Assembly (NCBI GenBank): GCA_963559965.1 | Contig: CAUWNO010000001.1 | Location: 1 to 38,194, forward strand | Length of the DNA: 38,194 bases | Source: an uncultured Lachnospiraceae bacterium | GTDB lineage: Bacteria > Bacillota > Clostridia > Lachnospirales > Lachnospiraceae | Direction: 5' to 3' | In this document: in pieces, positions 1 through 9,360 of the stretch | Layout of the letters: every line of letters starts with the position of its first letter | Position numbering within the stretch: position 1 is the stretch's first letter | The notes under the pieces: generated by a model | Told to the model about the DNA's origin: nothing | The model's database searches: none | The model's input: the letters and a program-made list of their open reading frames with translations, nothing else | Made by a program: the position numbers and the translations under genes

Positions 1-48
1 ATATCGGCATACAGCTGTATCCCTGCTCAGACGGCTCTTCTGTCCCGT

Positions 49-1335
49 TTATTTCGTCTCCAGAAGCTTTTCCACGCTGACAAGCTTTACGCAGAGGACA
101 AAGAGATCTGTAGCCACTGCAAGCTCTTCTGTCGTCGGGAATGAAGGAGCAATACGGATGTTGCTGTCCTTCGGGTCCTTTCCATACGGATATGTCGCGC
201 CTGCGCCTGTCATCACAACGCCTGCATCCTTGCATTTTGCTACGATTGCCTTCGCGCAGCCTTCCATCGCATCGAAGGAGATGAAATATCCTCCCTTCGG
301 ACGAATCCAGCTTCCTATCTCCAGTCCTCCCAGCTCTCTGTCAAGAGTATCGAGAACAGCCTCAAACTTCGGGCGCATAATCGCCGCATGCTTACGCATA
401 TGCTCATGAATTCCATCAATATCTTTGAAGAAACGCACATGGCGAAGCTGATTTACCTTATCGTGTCCAATCGTCTGTATTGTCAGCTGTCTCTTGATAT
501 CCTTCAGGTTGTTCGGAGAAGTCGCGATGCACGCCACTCCGGAACCCGGGAAGCTGATCTTCGACGTAGAACAGAATTTATATACAATATCCGGATTTCC
601 AGCCTTCTCGCACTCGCCGAGAATCTCAATCAGGAAGTCCTGATCGTCGTCATAGAGATGATGTACGCAGTATGCGTTATCCCAGAAGATACGGAAATCT
701 TCTGCCGCCGGTTTCAGACGGGCAAAACGGCGAACCGTCTCATCAGAATAGGTAATGCCCTGCGGATTGGAATATTTCGGCACGCACCAGATACCCTTTA
801 CAGCCGGATCTGAATTTACATACTCTTCTACCATATCCATATCCGGTCCGGTCGGCGTCATCGGAATATTGATCATCTCAATACCAAAATATTCGGTAAT
901 CGCAAAATGACGATCGTATCCAGGTACGGGACAGAGGAATTTTACCTTATCCAGCTTACACCACGGCGTACTTCCCATAATTCCGTGCGTCATAGCTCTC
1001 GCTACGGTATCGTACATCACGTTCAGGCTGGAGTTGCCGTAAATAATAATCTTATCCGGAGAAACCTCTGACATCTCGCCAAGAAGCTCTTTCGCCTCCT
1101 TCACGCCATCCAGAACGCCGTAATTGCGGCAGTCTACTCCCTCCGAATCCTTCAAATCCGCTTCACTGTTCAATACGTCCATCATATGCATCGACAGATC
1201 CAGCTGTTCTGCGCTCGGCTTTCCTCTCGACATATCCAGATGCAGATTCCGGGACTGTACTTCACGGTAACTGCTCTCCAGCTCTGTCTTCAGCTCAAGC
1301 AGTTCTTCTTTGCTCATTTCGCGGTACGGTTTCAT
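49..1335 (-). CDS. PLP-dependent class I/II aminotransferase (aspartate aminotransferase-like)
   Basis: 428 aa; LDMSRGKP N-terminus, PGYDRHF, PKYSNPQG, WDNAY, STSKISFPG (PLP lysine), NIRIAPS; RBS GAGGAGG upstream. Confidence 0.85.
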   Translation of the reverse strand: MKPYREMSKEELLELKTELESSYREVQSRNLHLDMSRGKPSAEQLDLSMHMMDVLNSEADLKDSEGVDCRNYGVLDGVKEAKELLGEMSEVSPDKIIIYGNSSLNVMYDTVARAMTHGIMGSTPWCKLDKVKFLCPVPGYDRHFAITEYFGIEMINIPMTPTGPDMDMVEEYVNSDPAVKGIWCVPKYSNPQGITYSDETVRRFARLKPAAEDFRIFWDNAYCVHHLYDDDQDFLIEILGECEKAGNPDIVYKFCSTSKISFPGSGVACIATSPNNLKDIKRQLTIQTIGHDKVNQLRHVRFFKDIDGIHEHMRKHAAIMRPKFEAVLDTLDRELGGLEIGSWIRPKGGYFISFDAMEGCAKAIVAKCKDAGVVMTGAGATYPYGKDPKDSNIRIAPSFPTTEELAVATDLFVLCVKLVSVEKLLETK

Positions 1336-1367
1336 AATCTTCCTCCTCTTGCTCTTTTCTCTGTAGC

Positions 1368-1396
1368 AGATTATCCCTTTTTCCCGTGTTTGTCAA
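1368..1396 (-). promoter_or_regulatory. Putative sigma70/SigA promoter for the aminotransferase
   Basis: Minus strand TTGACA (1396-1391), 17 bp, TAATCT (1373-1368); the -35 overlaps the TGA stop of the upstream HD gene. Confidence 0.6.
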
Positions 1397-1980
1397 GAAA
1401 TTTTTTCTTCCTCTCCAAACACTTCTTTTACAAGACGATGATACTCCTGCCAGGTCGGATGATCCTGAAGCTCGCTCAGCGCCGCGTCAATCGAGCGGTA
1501 CATCCACGCATGCATATTCTTATCCTTCTCATTAAAGCGCTCCCAGACCTTATCGCCGATAATGCACTGATCTCTGTAGATCGCACGGAGATTGGAAAGC
1601 TTATCCGCAAGAGCCAGCATTTTTGCGTCTCTGTCCGCCTTTGTCTCCAGAAAAGTAATCGTCTCCTGCTTCCGCGTCTTCCATGTAAGCTCCGGCGGAA
1701 GTCCCCTTCTCTTATCTTCGCTTTCATTCATCACCAGATCTGTGATTCTTCTTCCAAACCTTGCAAGAAGTTCTTCGCGCGTAGCCTCCGTATCCTCCAG
1801 CACGTCGTGAAGCACGGCGGCAGCCATAATCTCCTCATCGTCCGTCATCGCCGAAACAATAGCCGCAGCCTCTATCGGATGCACGATATAAGGAACGTTC
1901 GTCCCTTTCCGCGTCATGCCCGAATGAGCCTTTGTCGCAAATATAATCGCATGATCCAGAAGTGTCAACGTCTTCTCCAT
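1393..1980 (-). CDS. Stand-alone HD-domain protein, (p)ppGpp hydrolase-like (small alarmone hydrolase / Mesh1-like)
   Basis: 195 aa; AH..RKG..PYIVHP, AAVLHDVLED, ESEDK and LADKLSNL are the SpoT/Mesh1 HD motifs; no synthetase domain. Confidence 0.8.
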   Translation of the reverse strand: MEKTLTLLDHAIIFATKAHSGMTRKGTNVPYIVHPIEAAAIVSAMTDDEEIMAAAVLHDVLEDTEATREELLARFGRRITDLVMNESEDKRRGLPPELTWKTRKQETITFLETKADRDAKMLALADKLSNLRAIYRDQCIIGDKVWERFNEKDKNMHAWMYRSIDAALSELQDHPTWQEYHRLVKEVFGEEEKIS

Positions 1981-2016
1981 TTGCTCTCTCCTGTAATCTT
2001 CCCCGTTTTCGTCCTT

Positions 2017-3306
2017 CTATGCATATACGCGCAGTACCGAAGCCGCATCTCTTACAATAGACATCTCCGTAAGAATCCGAAGCGCGTCTCTGAAGTGACG
2101 CTCCACTACACAATCTGTAATTACGACAAGCTCTGCCAGACCGTCCGCCGCGCTTTTCTGTATCACCTGAGCGATACTTACATTATTATCTCCGAATACG
2201 GAAGCTATACCTGCCAGCACACCGGGCTTGTCCTCTACCTGAACACGAAGGAAATATCTGTTCTTTCTCTCCTCCACCGGCTTCACACGCAGGCTCTTAT
2301 AGCAGGTACAGGTAATGCGCCCTGTACTTCCCGCCTGCAGATCTCTTGCTATCTCAAAGACGTCTCCCATCACAGCGCTTGCCGTCGGAAGCTTGCCTGC
2401 CCCTCTTCCAAGAAACATCGCGTCGTCTACAGCGTCTCCATGCACAAAAACAGCATTAAACGCATCGTTGACGGAAGCAAGCGGATGATCTTCCGGAATC
2501 AGCATCGGATACACGCCGACCTCCATGCCGTTCTCTGTATTCCTTGCCACACCGAGAAGCTTAATCACCATATGAAGCTCTGCCGCATAGGCAATATCTG
2601 CTGCCGAAATCTTTGTGATTCCTTCCGTATAAACGTCCTGAAAAGTCACTCTGGAATTAAAGGCAATCGACGCCATAATCGCTACCTTGCGCGCCGCATC
2701 GTACCCTTCAATATCCGCCGTCGGATCTGCCTCGGCATACCCAAGATCCGTAGCCAGAGCCAGAGCCTCGTCAAATTCCATATGATCGGCGCTCATACGC
2801 GTCAGGATATAGTTCGTCGTGCCGTTTACGATTCCCATAACCTCGGTAATATGATTTGCCGCAAGACACTGCTTCAGAGGACGGATAATCGGGATTCCTC
2901 CTGCCACAGCAGCCTCGAACATCAGATCGCAGCCATGCTCTGCCGCTGTGTCCAGCAGCTCGCGTCCGTACTCCGCCAGAAGATCCTTATTCGCCGTCAC
3001 AACATGCTTTCCCGCACGCAAAGCCTCCAGAATACAGGTTCTTGCCGGTTCAATGCCGCCCATTACCTCTATGACAATCTTAATCTCCGGATCCTCCACG
3101 ATCTCCTGCCAGTTGTCTGTAAAAAGAGAGCTGTCCACGCCTTCCCTCTTCTTCTTTGTATCACGCACCAGAATCTTCTTAAGCTCTACAGATACTCCAA
3201 GCTTTCTGGGCATCTCGTCCTTCTGCCACTCAAAAATCTGACATACTCCGCTTCCCACGGTTCCTGCGCCCAGAAGCGCAGCTTTTATTACTGAAACATC
3301 GCTCAT
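2017..3306 (-). CDS. hom: Homoserine dehydrogenase with C-terminal ACT domain
   Basis: GAGTVGSG Rossmann motif, VVTANK, FEAAVAGGIP, NGTTNYIL, GYAEADPTADIEG, ACT domain DKPGVLA. Confidence 0.95.
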   Translation of the reverse strand: MSDVSVIKAALLGAGTVGSGVCQIFEWQKDEMPRKLGVSVELKKILVRDTKKKREGVDSSLFTDNWQEIVEDPEIKIVIEVMGGIEPARTCILEALRAGKHVVTANKDLLAEYGRELLDTAAEHGCDLMFEAAVAGGIPIIRPLKQCLAANHITEVMGIVNGTTNYILTRMSADHMEFDEALALATDLGYAEADPTADIEGYDAARKVAIMASIAFNSRVTFQDVYTEGITKISAADIAYAAELHMVIKLLGVARNTENGMEVGVYPMLIPEDHPLASVNDAFNAVFVHGDAVDDAMFLGRGAGKLPTASAVMGDVFEIARDLQAGSTGRITCTCYKSLRVKPVEERKNRYFLRVQVEDKPGVLAGIASVFGDNNVSIAQVIQKSAADGLAELVVITDCVVERHFRDALRILTEMSIVRDAASVLRVYA

Positions 3307-3347
3307 TGTCTTATCACCTCTTACCGTTTTAAACAGACTACTGTATC

Positions 3348-3376
3348 AGTGTACTATGATTTTAAAAGACTGTCAA
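3348..3376 (-). promoter_or_regulatory. Putative sigma70/SigA promoter for hom
   Basis: Minus strand TTGACA (3376-3371), 17 bp, TACACT (3353-3348); the -35 overlaps the TGA stop of the upstream gene. Confidence 0.65.
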
Positions 3377-4137
3377 ACCTGAAACTCCGTCATACAGTGC
3401 CGGAATCTGAGGGGCAGAAGCTTCTGCTGACAGGCAGGGTTCCGCCTCTCTTCAATCGCAGCGCTCTCGCAGAAAGCTTTCCACATCATCTGAAAACCTC
3501 TCTCCTGCGGATGGCGTTCCAGATAAGCCTGCGTAAGAAAGGAAGCGTCCGCCAAGAAAAATCCGCCTCCTGCCCTGTGAACAGCCGCCTGCGCCCTTTT
3601 TTTATCATGTATAATCCAGTTTTCCCTGAGAAAACGGTCAGCAAAATGCGGAGCAATCAAAGAAAGAACATCATAAGCCGGTTCTATCTGCGCATAGAGT
3701 ACCTGATTTTCCAGCTCCTCAAAGCGGAGAAAGCCCATCATACGGTGAGCCTCATGCCATGCCTTCTGCCGAAGCTTCATCACAAGCGACACGGACGGGT
3801 CCTGCAGGCAGTGGACTGCTCTGTGACCGTCTGCCATGGAAAGCCCTCTGACAATCAGCCTGTATACCGCATCCGCCCTTTCTCTTTCCGGACAGGCAGA
3901 CGCAAAGCAGACTGCTTCTTCTGCCTCCCGCCCCATACGGTGTGCCACAGTTCTCAGAACCTTCTCCGCCTTTACAAGGTCTGTCCGGACTGTCCTGCAG
4001 CTGCAGAAAAGCTCCATGCTGTATCCTTCTTCCAAATCCAGCCGGACGTTCTCGTGTCCGAGACCGCTGTCCCACGCGTCGTAGACGCCTGTCAGAATCC
4101 CGTCAAGACTGTCCGCACACAGAAATACCGTAATCAT
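3373..4137 (-). CDS. TIGR03915-like putative DNA metabolism protein (DUF4130)
   Basis: DSLDGILTGVY N-terminus, EAHRMMGFLRF, HFADRF..NWIIHD, C-terminal ERRNP..Q..LP.RF; overlaps the radical SAM gene that is its usual partner. Confidence 0.85.
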   Translation of the reverse strand: MITVFLCADSLDGILTGVYDAWDSGLGHENVRLDLEEGYSMELFCSCRTVRTDLVKAEKVLRTVAHRMGREAEEAVCFASACPERERADAVYRLIVRGLSMADGHRAVHCLQDPSVSLVMKLRQKAWHEAHRMMGFLRFEELENQVLYAQIEPAYDVLSLIAPHFADRFLRENWIIHDKKRAQAAVHRAGGGFFLADASFLTQAYLERHPQERGFQMMWKAFCESAAIEERRNPACQQKLLPLRFRHCMTEFQV

Positions 4138-5455
4138 ATCCTTCCCTCCCGTTCAGAGGCTCTCTGTCATCAAAAAGCGAAAGCTGGCGGTATGTCACGC
4201 CGCCCTGAAGCTGAGGCGGCAGCTTCTCCGGAACGCCCAGAAGATTCCTCGTAATAAAATCCTCGTCCATGCGCAGAGGATACATCGTCTTCCCGCGGCA
4301 GGTAATAAAGTAAACTGCTCTTTTCAGGACGACGCCCATACGCTTCAGATCAGAAAAATCAAGGCTTCCTACCCTCCTTGCCTTCACAATGCGCTGCGCC
4401 GACTTTACACCCAGTCCCGGAACGCGGAGAAGCTGGCGGTAAGAAGCCCTGTTGATCTCAACCGGAAACTCCTCCAGATGACGCAGCGCCCAGTCGCATT
4501 TGGGATCGAGGACAATATTGAAATTCGGTCTGTCCTCCGATAAAAGCTCCGACGCTTCAAAGCCATAAAAGCGGAGAAGCCAGTCCGCCTGATAAAGCCT
4601 GTGCTCTCTTAAGAGCGGCGGTCCTCCCGGAGGCGAAGGAAGCAGGCTGTCATCATTCACCCGCACAAAAGCTGAATAGAACACGCGCTTCAAATCAAAT
4701 TTCTGATAGAGGGCTTCCGCTACCGAAATGATCTGAAAATCATTCTCCGGCGTAGCACCGATGATCATCTGTGTCGACTGTCCTGCCGGAACGAAGCGCG
4801 GCGCGCTCCGGTACAGAGCCAGCTCCTCCCGGTTCTCTTCCATACGGTTCTGCATCTGACGCATGGGACGCAGGATTTTTTCTCTCGGCTTGCAGGGCGC
4901 AAGCCGCTTTAATCCTTCCGCCGTCGGAAGCTCCAGATTGACGCTCATACGATCTGCCAGAAAGCCCGTCTTCTCAATCAAAACCGGGTCTGCGCCCGGA
5001 ATCGCCTTGACGTGAATATAGCCTCCAAAATGATATTCCCTCCTGAGCTTATAAAGAGTCCTGTATAAAAGTTCCATCGTGTCATCAGGACTTCTGAATA
5101 CGCCGGAGCTTAAAAACAGTCCTTCAATATAATTCCTCCGGTAAAATTCCATCACAAGAAAACAGACCTCGTCCGGAGTAAAGGACGCTCTGGGCACGTC
5201 GTTCGTACAGCGGTTCAGGCAGTAACGGCAGTTAAAAATACACTCATTCGTAAACAGGATCTTCAAAAGAGAAACACAGCGTCCGTCCGCCGTAAAACTG
5301 TGGCAGATTCCCGCCTCCGTACAGTTTCCCATTCCATTTCCTGAATTTCCCCGCGAAACACCGCTCGATGTGCAGGCTGCGTCATACTTGGCAGCGTCTG
5401 CCAGAATCTTCAGTTTCTCCATAAGCGTCATCTTTCCCGCTTCCCGCAGCTCCAT
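4103..5455 (-). CDS. Putative DNA modification/repair radical SAM protein (TIGR03916-like)
   Basis: KLKILADAAKYD.C.SSG, GICHSF..DGRC, CIFNCRYC (CxxxCxxC), REHRLYQADWLLRFYGF, HhH motif RVPGLGVKSA; start placed at ATG 5455 behind RBS GAAAGGAAG. Confidence 0.9.
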   Translation of the reverse strand: MELREAGKMTLMEKLKILADAAKYDAACTSSGVSRGNSGNGMGNCTEAGICHSFTADGRCVSLLKILFTNECIFNCRYCLNRCTNDVPRASFTPDEVCFLVMEFYRRNYIEGLFLSSGVFRSPDDTMELLYRTLYKLRREYHFGGYIHVKAIPGADPVLIEKTGFLADRMSVNLELPTAEGLKRLAPCKPREKILRPMRQMQNRMEENREELALYRSAPRFVPAGQSTQMIIGATPENDFQIISVAEALYQKFDLKRVFYSAFVRVNDDSLLPSPPGGPPLLREHRLYQADWLLRFYGFEASELLSEDRPNFNIVLDPKCDWALRHLEEFPVEINRASYRQLLRVPGLGVKSAQRIVKARRVGSLDFSDLKRMGVVLKRAVYFITCRGKTMYPLRMDEDFITRNLLGVPEKLPPQLQGGVTYRQLSLFDDREPLNGREGYDYGISVCGQS

Positions 5456-5471
5456 GATACGTCTTCCTTTC

Positions 5472-5512
5472 GCTGATACAAACATACGTTCAGAACATTT
5501 GTTTGTATCAGC
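5472..5512. promoter_or_regulatory. Two tandem LexA (Cheo-type) SOS boxes within a 41-bp palindrome
   Basis: AAAC-ATAC-GTTC (5480-5491) and GAAC-ATTT-GTTT (5493-5504) each fit Firmicutes GAAC-N4-GTTC with one mismatch; 18 of 20 pairs symmetric around 5492. Confidence 0.75.
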
Positions 5513-5538
5513 ATAACATAACTTTTATAAAAAAGCAA
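5510..5538 (-). promoter_or_regulatory. Putative SigA promoter of the radical SAM operon
   Basis: Minus strand TTGCTT (5538-5533), 17 bp, TATGCT (5515-5510) with extended TG; the SOS boxes sit at the expected start site. Confidence 0.6.
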
Positions 5539-5539
5539 G

Positions 5540-5580
5540 AAAAAGGTATGCCGACCCAAACGGATCCTGCATACCTTTTT
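5540..5580 (-). terminator. Intrinsic (probably bidirectional) terminator after the uracil permease
   Basis: AAAAAGGTATGC (5540-5551) and GCATACCTTTTT (5569-5580) form an inverted repeat with T-tracts on both strands. Confidence 0.75.
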
Positions 5581-5584
5581 CTCT

Positions 5585-6865
5585 TTATTTTGACTCTTCT
5601 ATCAAATCGTCCTTGCCTACCGGAAGAATCGCCGCAAGGAACATGCCGACTACCGCTGCAAGAGCAAGACCGGAAATGCTGACCGTTCCTTTCACAGGAA
5701 TACTGTCACAGCCGATTCCAAGCACGAAAATCAACGCTGCAATCATCAGATTCCGGCTGTTGCCGAAATTCAAACGGGAGTTAATCAGAATCCGGACTCC
5801 TACGGAAGAAATCATTCCGTACAGAACAATACTGATTCCACCTGTTACAGGACTTGGAATACTTGTAATAATTCCGCCAATCTTTCCGAAAAGTCCGAGC
5901 ACCATCGCAAATACGGCTGCGATACGGATTACAGACGGATCATAATTCTTTGTTACAGCCAGAACTCCCGTATTCTCTCCGTAAGTCGTGTTAGCCGGAC
6001 CGCCGAGAAGACCCGCCAGCGCCGTGGCAAGACCGTCTCCCAGAATCGTTCTGTGAATACCCGGATCAATCATAAAGTTCTTTCCTACAACCGCGCTGTT
6101 CGTCGTAACGTCACCCACATGCTCGATCAGAGTTACAAGGGCTATCGGCGCGATTGCGAGAATCGCATCCGCCTTGAACACCGGCATACAAAGCACCTGC
6201 GCCATGATATCCTGATCAAGGAAAGACAGGGCGTGCGCCTCACGCATCGGCGTCATATCGATAAATCCCATCGGAATGCAGACAAGGTATCCTACAATAA
6301 TCGCAAACAGGATCGGCATCAGATTGTAAATTCCTTTTGCAAAGACGGAAATGCAGATCACCGTCGCAAGAACAAGAACTGTAACAAGGACCGCCTTCAT
6401 ACTGAATTCACCGTTCCAGTAAAAAGCAGAGTTAATTGCCGAACCGGAAAGGCGAAGACCGATAACGATAATGATAGGTCCCGTCACAATCGGAGGCAGG
6501 AGCCGGTTGACCTTCTCGTAACCTATCAGACGAATCAGCGCCGCAAAAACAGCGTAGACAAGTCCTGCCACGATAAGCGCTCCTTTTACCGCCGCGAGCT
6601 TTTCCAGATAATCCGGATCGCCCATACGGGAATCTCCGATAATTGCCGCAATTCCTCCGATAAAAGCAAAGCTGGATCCAAGAAAAACAGGAACCTTTCT
6701 CTTTGTCACCAGATGAAATAAAAGTGTGCCGATACCTGCGCAGAACAGCGTAATCGAAGTATTCAGACCTGTCAGAGCCGGAACAAGCACCGTCGCTCCA
6801 AACATGGCAAGAACGTGCTGAAGTCCCAGAATCAGCTTCTGACCTGTTGTTTTTTCCATATCCAT
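5585..6865 (-). CDS. uraA: Uracil/xanthine permease (NCS2 family, UraA/PyrP-like)
   Basis: GLQHVLAMFGATVLVP, FLGSSFAF, EHVGD, NTTYGENTG signature; start at ATG 6865 behind GAGGGG. Confidence 0.85.
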   Translation of the reverse strand: MDMEKTTGQKLILGLQHVLAMFGATVLVPALTGLNTSITLFCAGIGTLLFHLVTKRKVPVFLGSSFAFIGGIAAIIGDSRMGDPDYLEKLAAVKGALIVAGLVYAVFAALIRLIGYEKVNRLLPPIVTGPIIIVIGLRLSGSAINSAFYWNGEFSMKAVLVTVLVLATVICISVFAKGIYNLMPILFAIIVGYLVCIPMGFIDMTPMREAHALSFLDQDIMAQVLCMPVFKADAILAIAPIALVTLIEHVGDVTTNSAVVGKNFMIDPGIHRTILGDGLATALAGLLGGPANTTYGENTGVLAVTKNYDPSVIRIAAVFAMVLGLFGKIGGIITSIPSPVTGGISIVLYGMISSVGVRILINSRLNFGNSRNLMIAALIFVLGIGCDSIPVKGTVSISGLALAAVVGMFLAAILPVGKDDLIEESK

Positions 6866-6892
6866 ATTTCTTCCCCTCTCATTTGTACAGAA

Positions 6893-6917
6893 GGCGGAAC
6901 TCACTCTTCGTCCCGCC
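6893..6917. terminator. GC hairpin between mrp and uraA (weak terminator or processing site)
   Basis: GGCGGAAC / GTCCCGCC 8-bp stem; weak T-tract on minus, better T-tract on plus. Confidence 0.35.
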
Positions 6918-6944
6918 ATTCTTTTTTCTGTCTGAACCCGTCTT

Positions 6945-7766
6945 TCAGCTGAAATCTGCCTTCAGATAACGGTTCCTGATCTTGTGGAACTCTCCTGCGT
7001 CTGCCGCCTGTGCAAAAGCCGGGTCCATCGGAATTCTTCCCAGAACCTCAAGCTTCTCTTCTCCTGCAATTTCATCAAGATGACTCTCGCCGAAAGGATA
7101 AAGTCTCTTGCCGCAGTCCGGACATTCCAGATAGGAATAATTCTCTACCACGCCTTTTACAGGTATCTTCATCTGATCCGCCATGCTCAGAGCCTTCTTT
7201 ACGATAAGCTGCACCAGATCCTGCGGAGACGTCACAATGACAATCTCGCTGACCGGAAGAGACTGGAATACCGTCAGCGGCACATCGCCTGTTCCGGGCG
7301 GCATATCTACAAGCAGAAAATCCAGATCGCCCCAGATTACGTCTGTCCAGAACTGCTTTACAATATTTGCAATAATCGGACCTCTCCAGATAACGGGTGT
7401 ATCCTCTGTGGGCAGCAGAAGATTCATGGAAATAACCTTGATTCCGTTTTCCGTAACTCTCGGCTCGATTCCCATATCCGACCCCTGCGCCGGACCGTGG
7501 ATTCCGTACATTCTCGGAATAGAAGGTCCTGTAATATCCGCGTCAAGAATACCTACCTGATATCCCTGAGCTGCCAGCTCGTTGGCAAGGGAGGCTGTCA
7601 CCATCGATTTTCCGACTCCGCCCTTTCCGCTGACTACTCCTATCACACGGCGAATACAGCTGTATTCATTGGCTTCTACCTGAAATCCAGCTGGTTTTTC
7701 CTTGCTGGGACATCCCTCACAGCTTGTTTTGTCGCAGCTGCTGTTGCTGCATCCTCTCTCTGACAT
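6945..7766 (-). CDS. mrp: Mrp/NBP35 family Fe-S cluster carrier ATPase
   Basis: SGKGGVGKS, DADITGPS, WRGP, DMPPGTGD, CPDC; Cys-rich N-terminus. Confidence 0.92.
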   Translation of the reverse strand: MSERGCSNSSCDKTSCEGCPSKEKPAGFQVEANEYSCIRRVIGVVSGKGGVGKSMVTASLANELAAQGYQVGILDADITGPSIPRMYGIHGPAQGSDMGIEPRVTENGIKVISMNLLLPTEDTPVIWRGPIIANIVKQFWTDVIWGDLDFLLVDMPPGTGDVPLTVFQSLPVSEIVIVTSPQDLVQLIVKKALSMADQMKIPVKGVVENYSYLECPDCGKRLYPFGESHLDEIAGEEKLEVLGRIPMDPAFAQAADAGEFHKIRNRYLKADFS

Positions 7767-7851
7767 CTCTTTTCCTCTTTCCTTTTTGATATTGATTTCT
7801 CATTTATTTCAGCCAGCCGCGCAGAAAAACTCCTGCGCAAAACTGTCTTTT

Positions 7852-9228
7852 TTACTCCATTTCTCTTGTAACATCCCGAAGCCATATTTTTTTGCGGTAG
7901 CGCCAGGTCGTAATCGGCACTTTCACAATCTCGTCTGACAAAAGAATTACGAAAACCGCCTTAACACCCCAGTGAAGCCAGAATGCCGCGATAAATCCAA
8001 GGAAAATGGAGAAGCACCACATTCCTATCACATCTACGAAAAATCCAATCTTCGTATCGCCTCCGGCGCGGAATACGCCTACGACAAGCGTCGAATTGTA
8101 GGACTGGAAAATCGCATAGTAGCAGACTACAAAAAGCATGAAATTCAGATATTCCTTCGCCTGCGCCGAGATTGTCATGCCTCCCACGATAAATCCTCTT
8201 GAGAAGAAGAGAACTGCGGCGGCTGCCAGCGTAATACCCACGCTCAGCCAGATAAATTTGCGCGCATAAATCTCTGCAAGCCGAAGCTTTCTCTCTCCGA
8301 TTGCCTTTCCTATCATAATCGATGTGGCTGCGGCAAGACCGAAGCCTACTACCATAATCAGCTGCCTCGATACCTGAGCCACTGAGTTTGCCGCCACCGC
8401 AGCGCTTCCCAGATGTCCGATAATCGCCGCGTTTGCCGACATACCGAGTCCCCACATCAGCTCATTTGCAATCACAGGGGAAGAAAATATCACAAAATCC
8501 TTCAGAAGAAGCTTCTTAAAATGGAAGAAATCTTTCAGGTGAAGGCGAATCGGATTTCCCTTCCAGTTCATATAGATTCCCACAATCAAAAGCTCCACAA
8601 GACGGGCAACAAGCGTAGCCCACGCCGCTCCGCGCACACCCATGGCAGGAACTCCGAAAAGTCCGAAAATCAGAATTGCATTTCCCACAATATTTACAAG
8701 AAGAGAAATAAAGTATGTACAGGTCGCAACTACCACACGCTCCACACTTCGCATGAGATTCAGATAAATCATCGTAAACGCCACGGGAAGGTAAGACCAG
8801 GAAACAATCCGCAGATATGCGATTCCTTCCTGAATCACAGGCTCTTCATTTGTAAAAATCTTCATCAGCTGCCGCGGCATAATCTGAGCCGCCGCAAGAA
8901 ACAGAACTCCCACACACATGGAAAAAACAAGTGAAATGGCGAAGACACGTTCTATCGTGCGCACGTCGCGCCGTCCCCAGTACTGAGCCGTCAGAACGGA
9001 CGCTCCTGAGGTCAGTCCGAAAAAGATCAGGTTCATAATAAACTGAACCTGTCCCGCCAGAGAGGAACCTGAAAGGGCTGTCTCCCCTACTTTGCCCAGC
9101 ATCACCACATCGGCAGTGGTAACGCCTACGTTGATCAGATTCTGCAGCGCCATAGGAATTACAAGGGCGAGCGCCATCTGATAAAATGCGCGGTTTTCCG
9201 CTGTCGTCAGTTTCTTATTCTGTTCCAT
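7852..9228 (-). CDS. MATE family efflux transporter
   Basis: 458 aa hydrophobic; P..LQNL....D..M.G..G, AQYWG, NIVGNAILIFG..G.P.MGVRGAA, RAGGDT. Confidence 0.9.
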   Translation of the reverse strand: MEQNKKLTTAENRAFYQMALALVIPMALQNLINVGVTTADVVMLGKVGETALSGSSLAGQVQFIMNLIFFGLTSGASVLTAQYWGRRDVRTIERVFAISLVFSMCVGVLFLAAAQIMPRQLMKIFTNEEPVIQEGIAYLRIVSWSYLPVAFTMIYLNLMRSVERVVVATCTYFISLLVNIVGNAILIFGLFGVPAMGVRGAAWATLVARLVELLIVGIYMNWKGNPIRLHLKDFFHFKKLLLKDFVIFSSPVIANELMWGLGMSANAAIIGHLGSAAVAANSVAQVSRQLIMVVGFGLAAATSIMIGKAIGERKLRLAEIYARKFIWLSVGITLAAAAVLFFSRGFIVGGMTISAQAKEYLNFMLFVVCYYAIFQSYNSTLVVGVFRAGGDTKIGFFVDVIGMWCFSIFLGFIAAFWLHWGVKAVFVILLSDEIVKVPITTWRYRKKIWLRDVTREME

Positions 9229-9360
9229 ATTTCAAACATACACTCCTAAAATTTTTCTCCCATTCTGTAAATGACTATTCTCTCTTTTGACAGATCTCTC
9301 CCCGTATCACAAATTCCTCCGCCAATAATTACAATATTCATAGCGTTCTCTCTATTTTCT

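Noticed and set aside
11-40. Dispersed repeat shared with 13096-13133 (GTATCCCTGC, and CAGACGGC in inverted form)
   Set aside because: Matches are 8-10 bp, rearranged and cut by the window edge; too weak to call a repeat family.
1186-3294. 702-aa plus-strand ORF
   Set aside because: Codon-aligned antisense to three real genes that share one register; explained by rare TTA/CTA/TCA codons on the coding strand; no recognisable motifs.
5456-5485. Longer N-terminus of the radical SAM ORF (likewise for uraA, rpmI, cobS and cobU)
   Set aside because: The extensions run through RBS, operator or neighbouring genes; downstream starts fit the family N-termini better.
6866-6944. PyrR attenuator upstream of uraA
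   Set aside because: No ARUCCNGNGAGGYU-like binding loop; only a simple hairpin.
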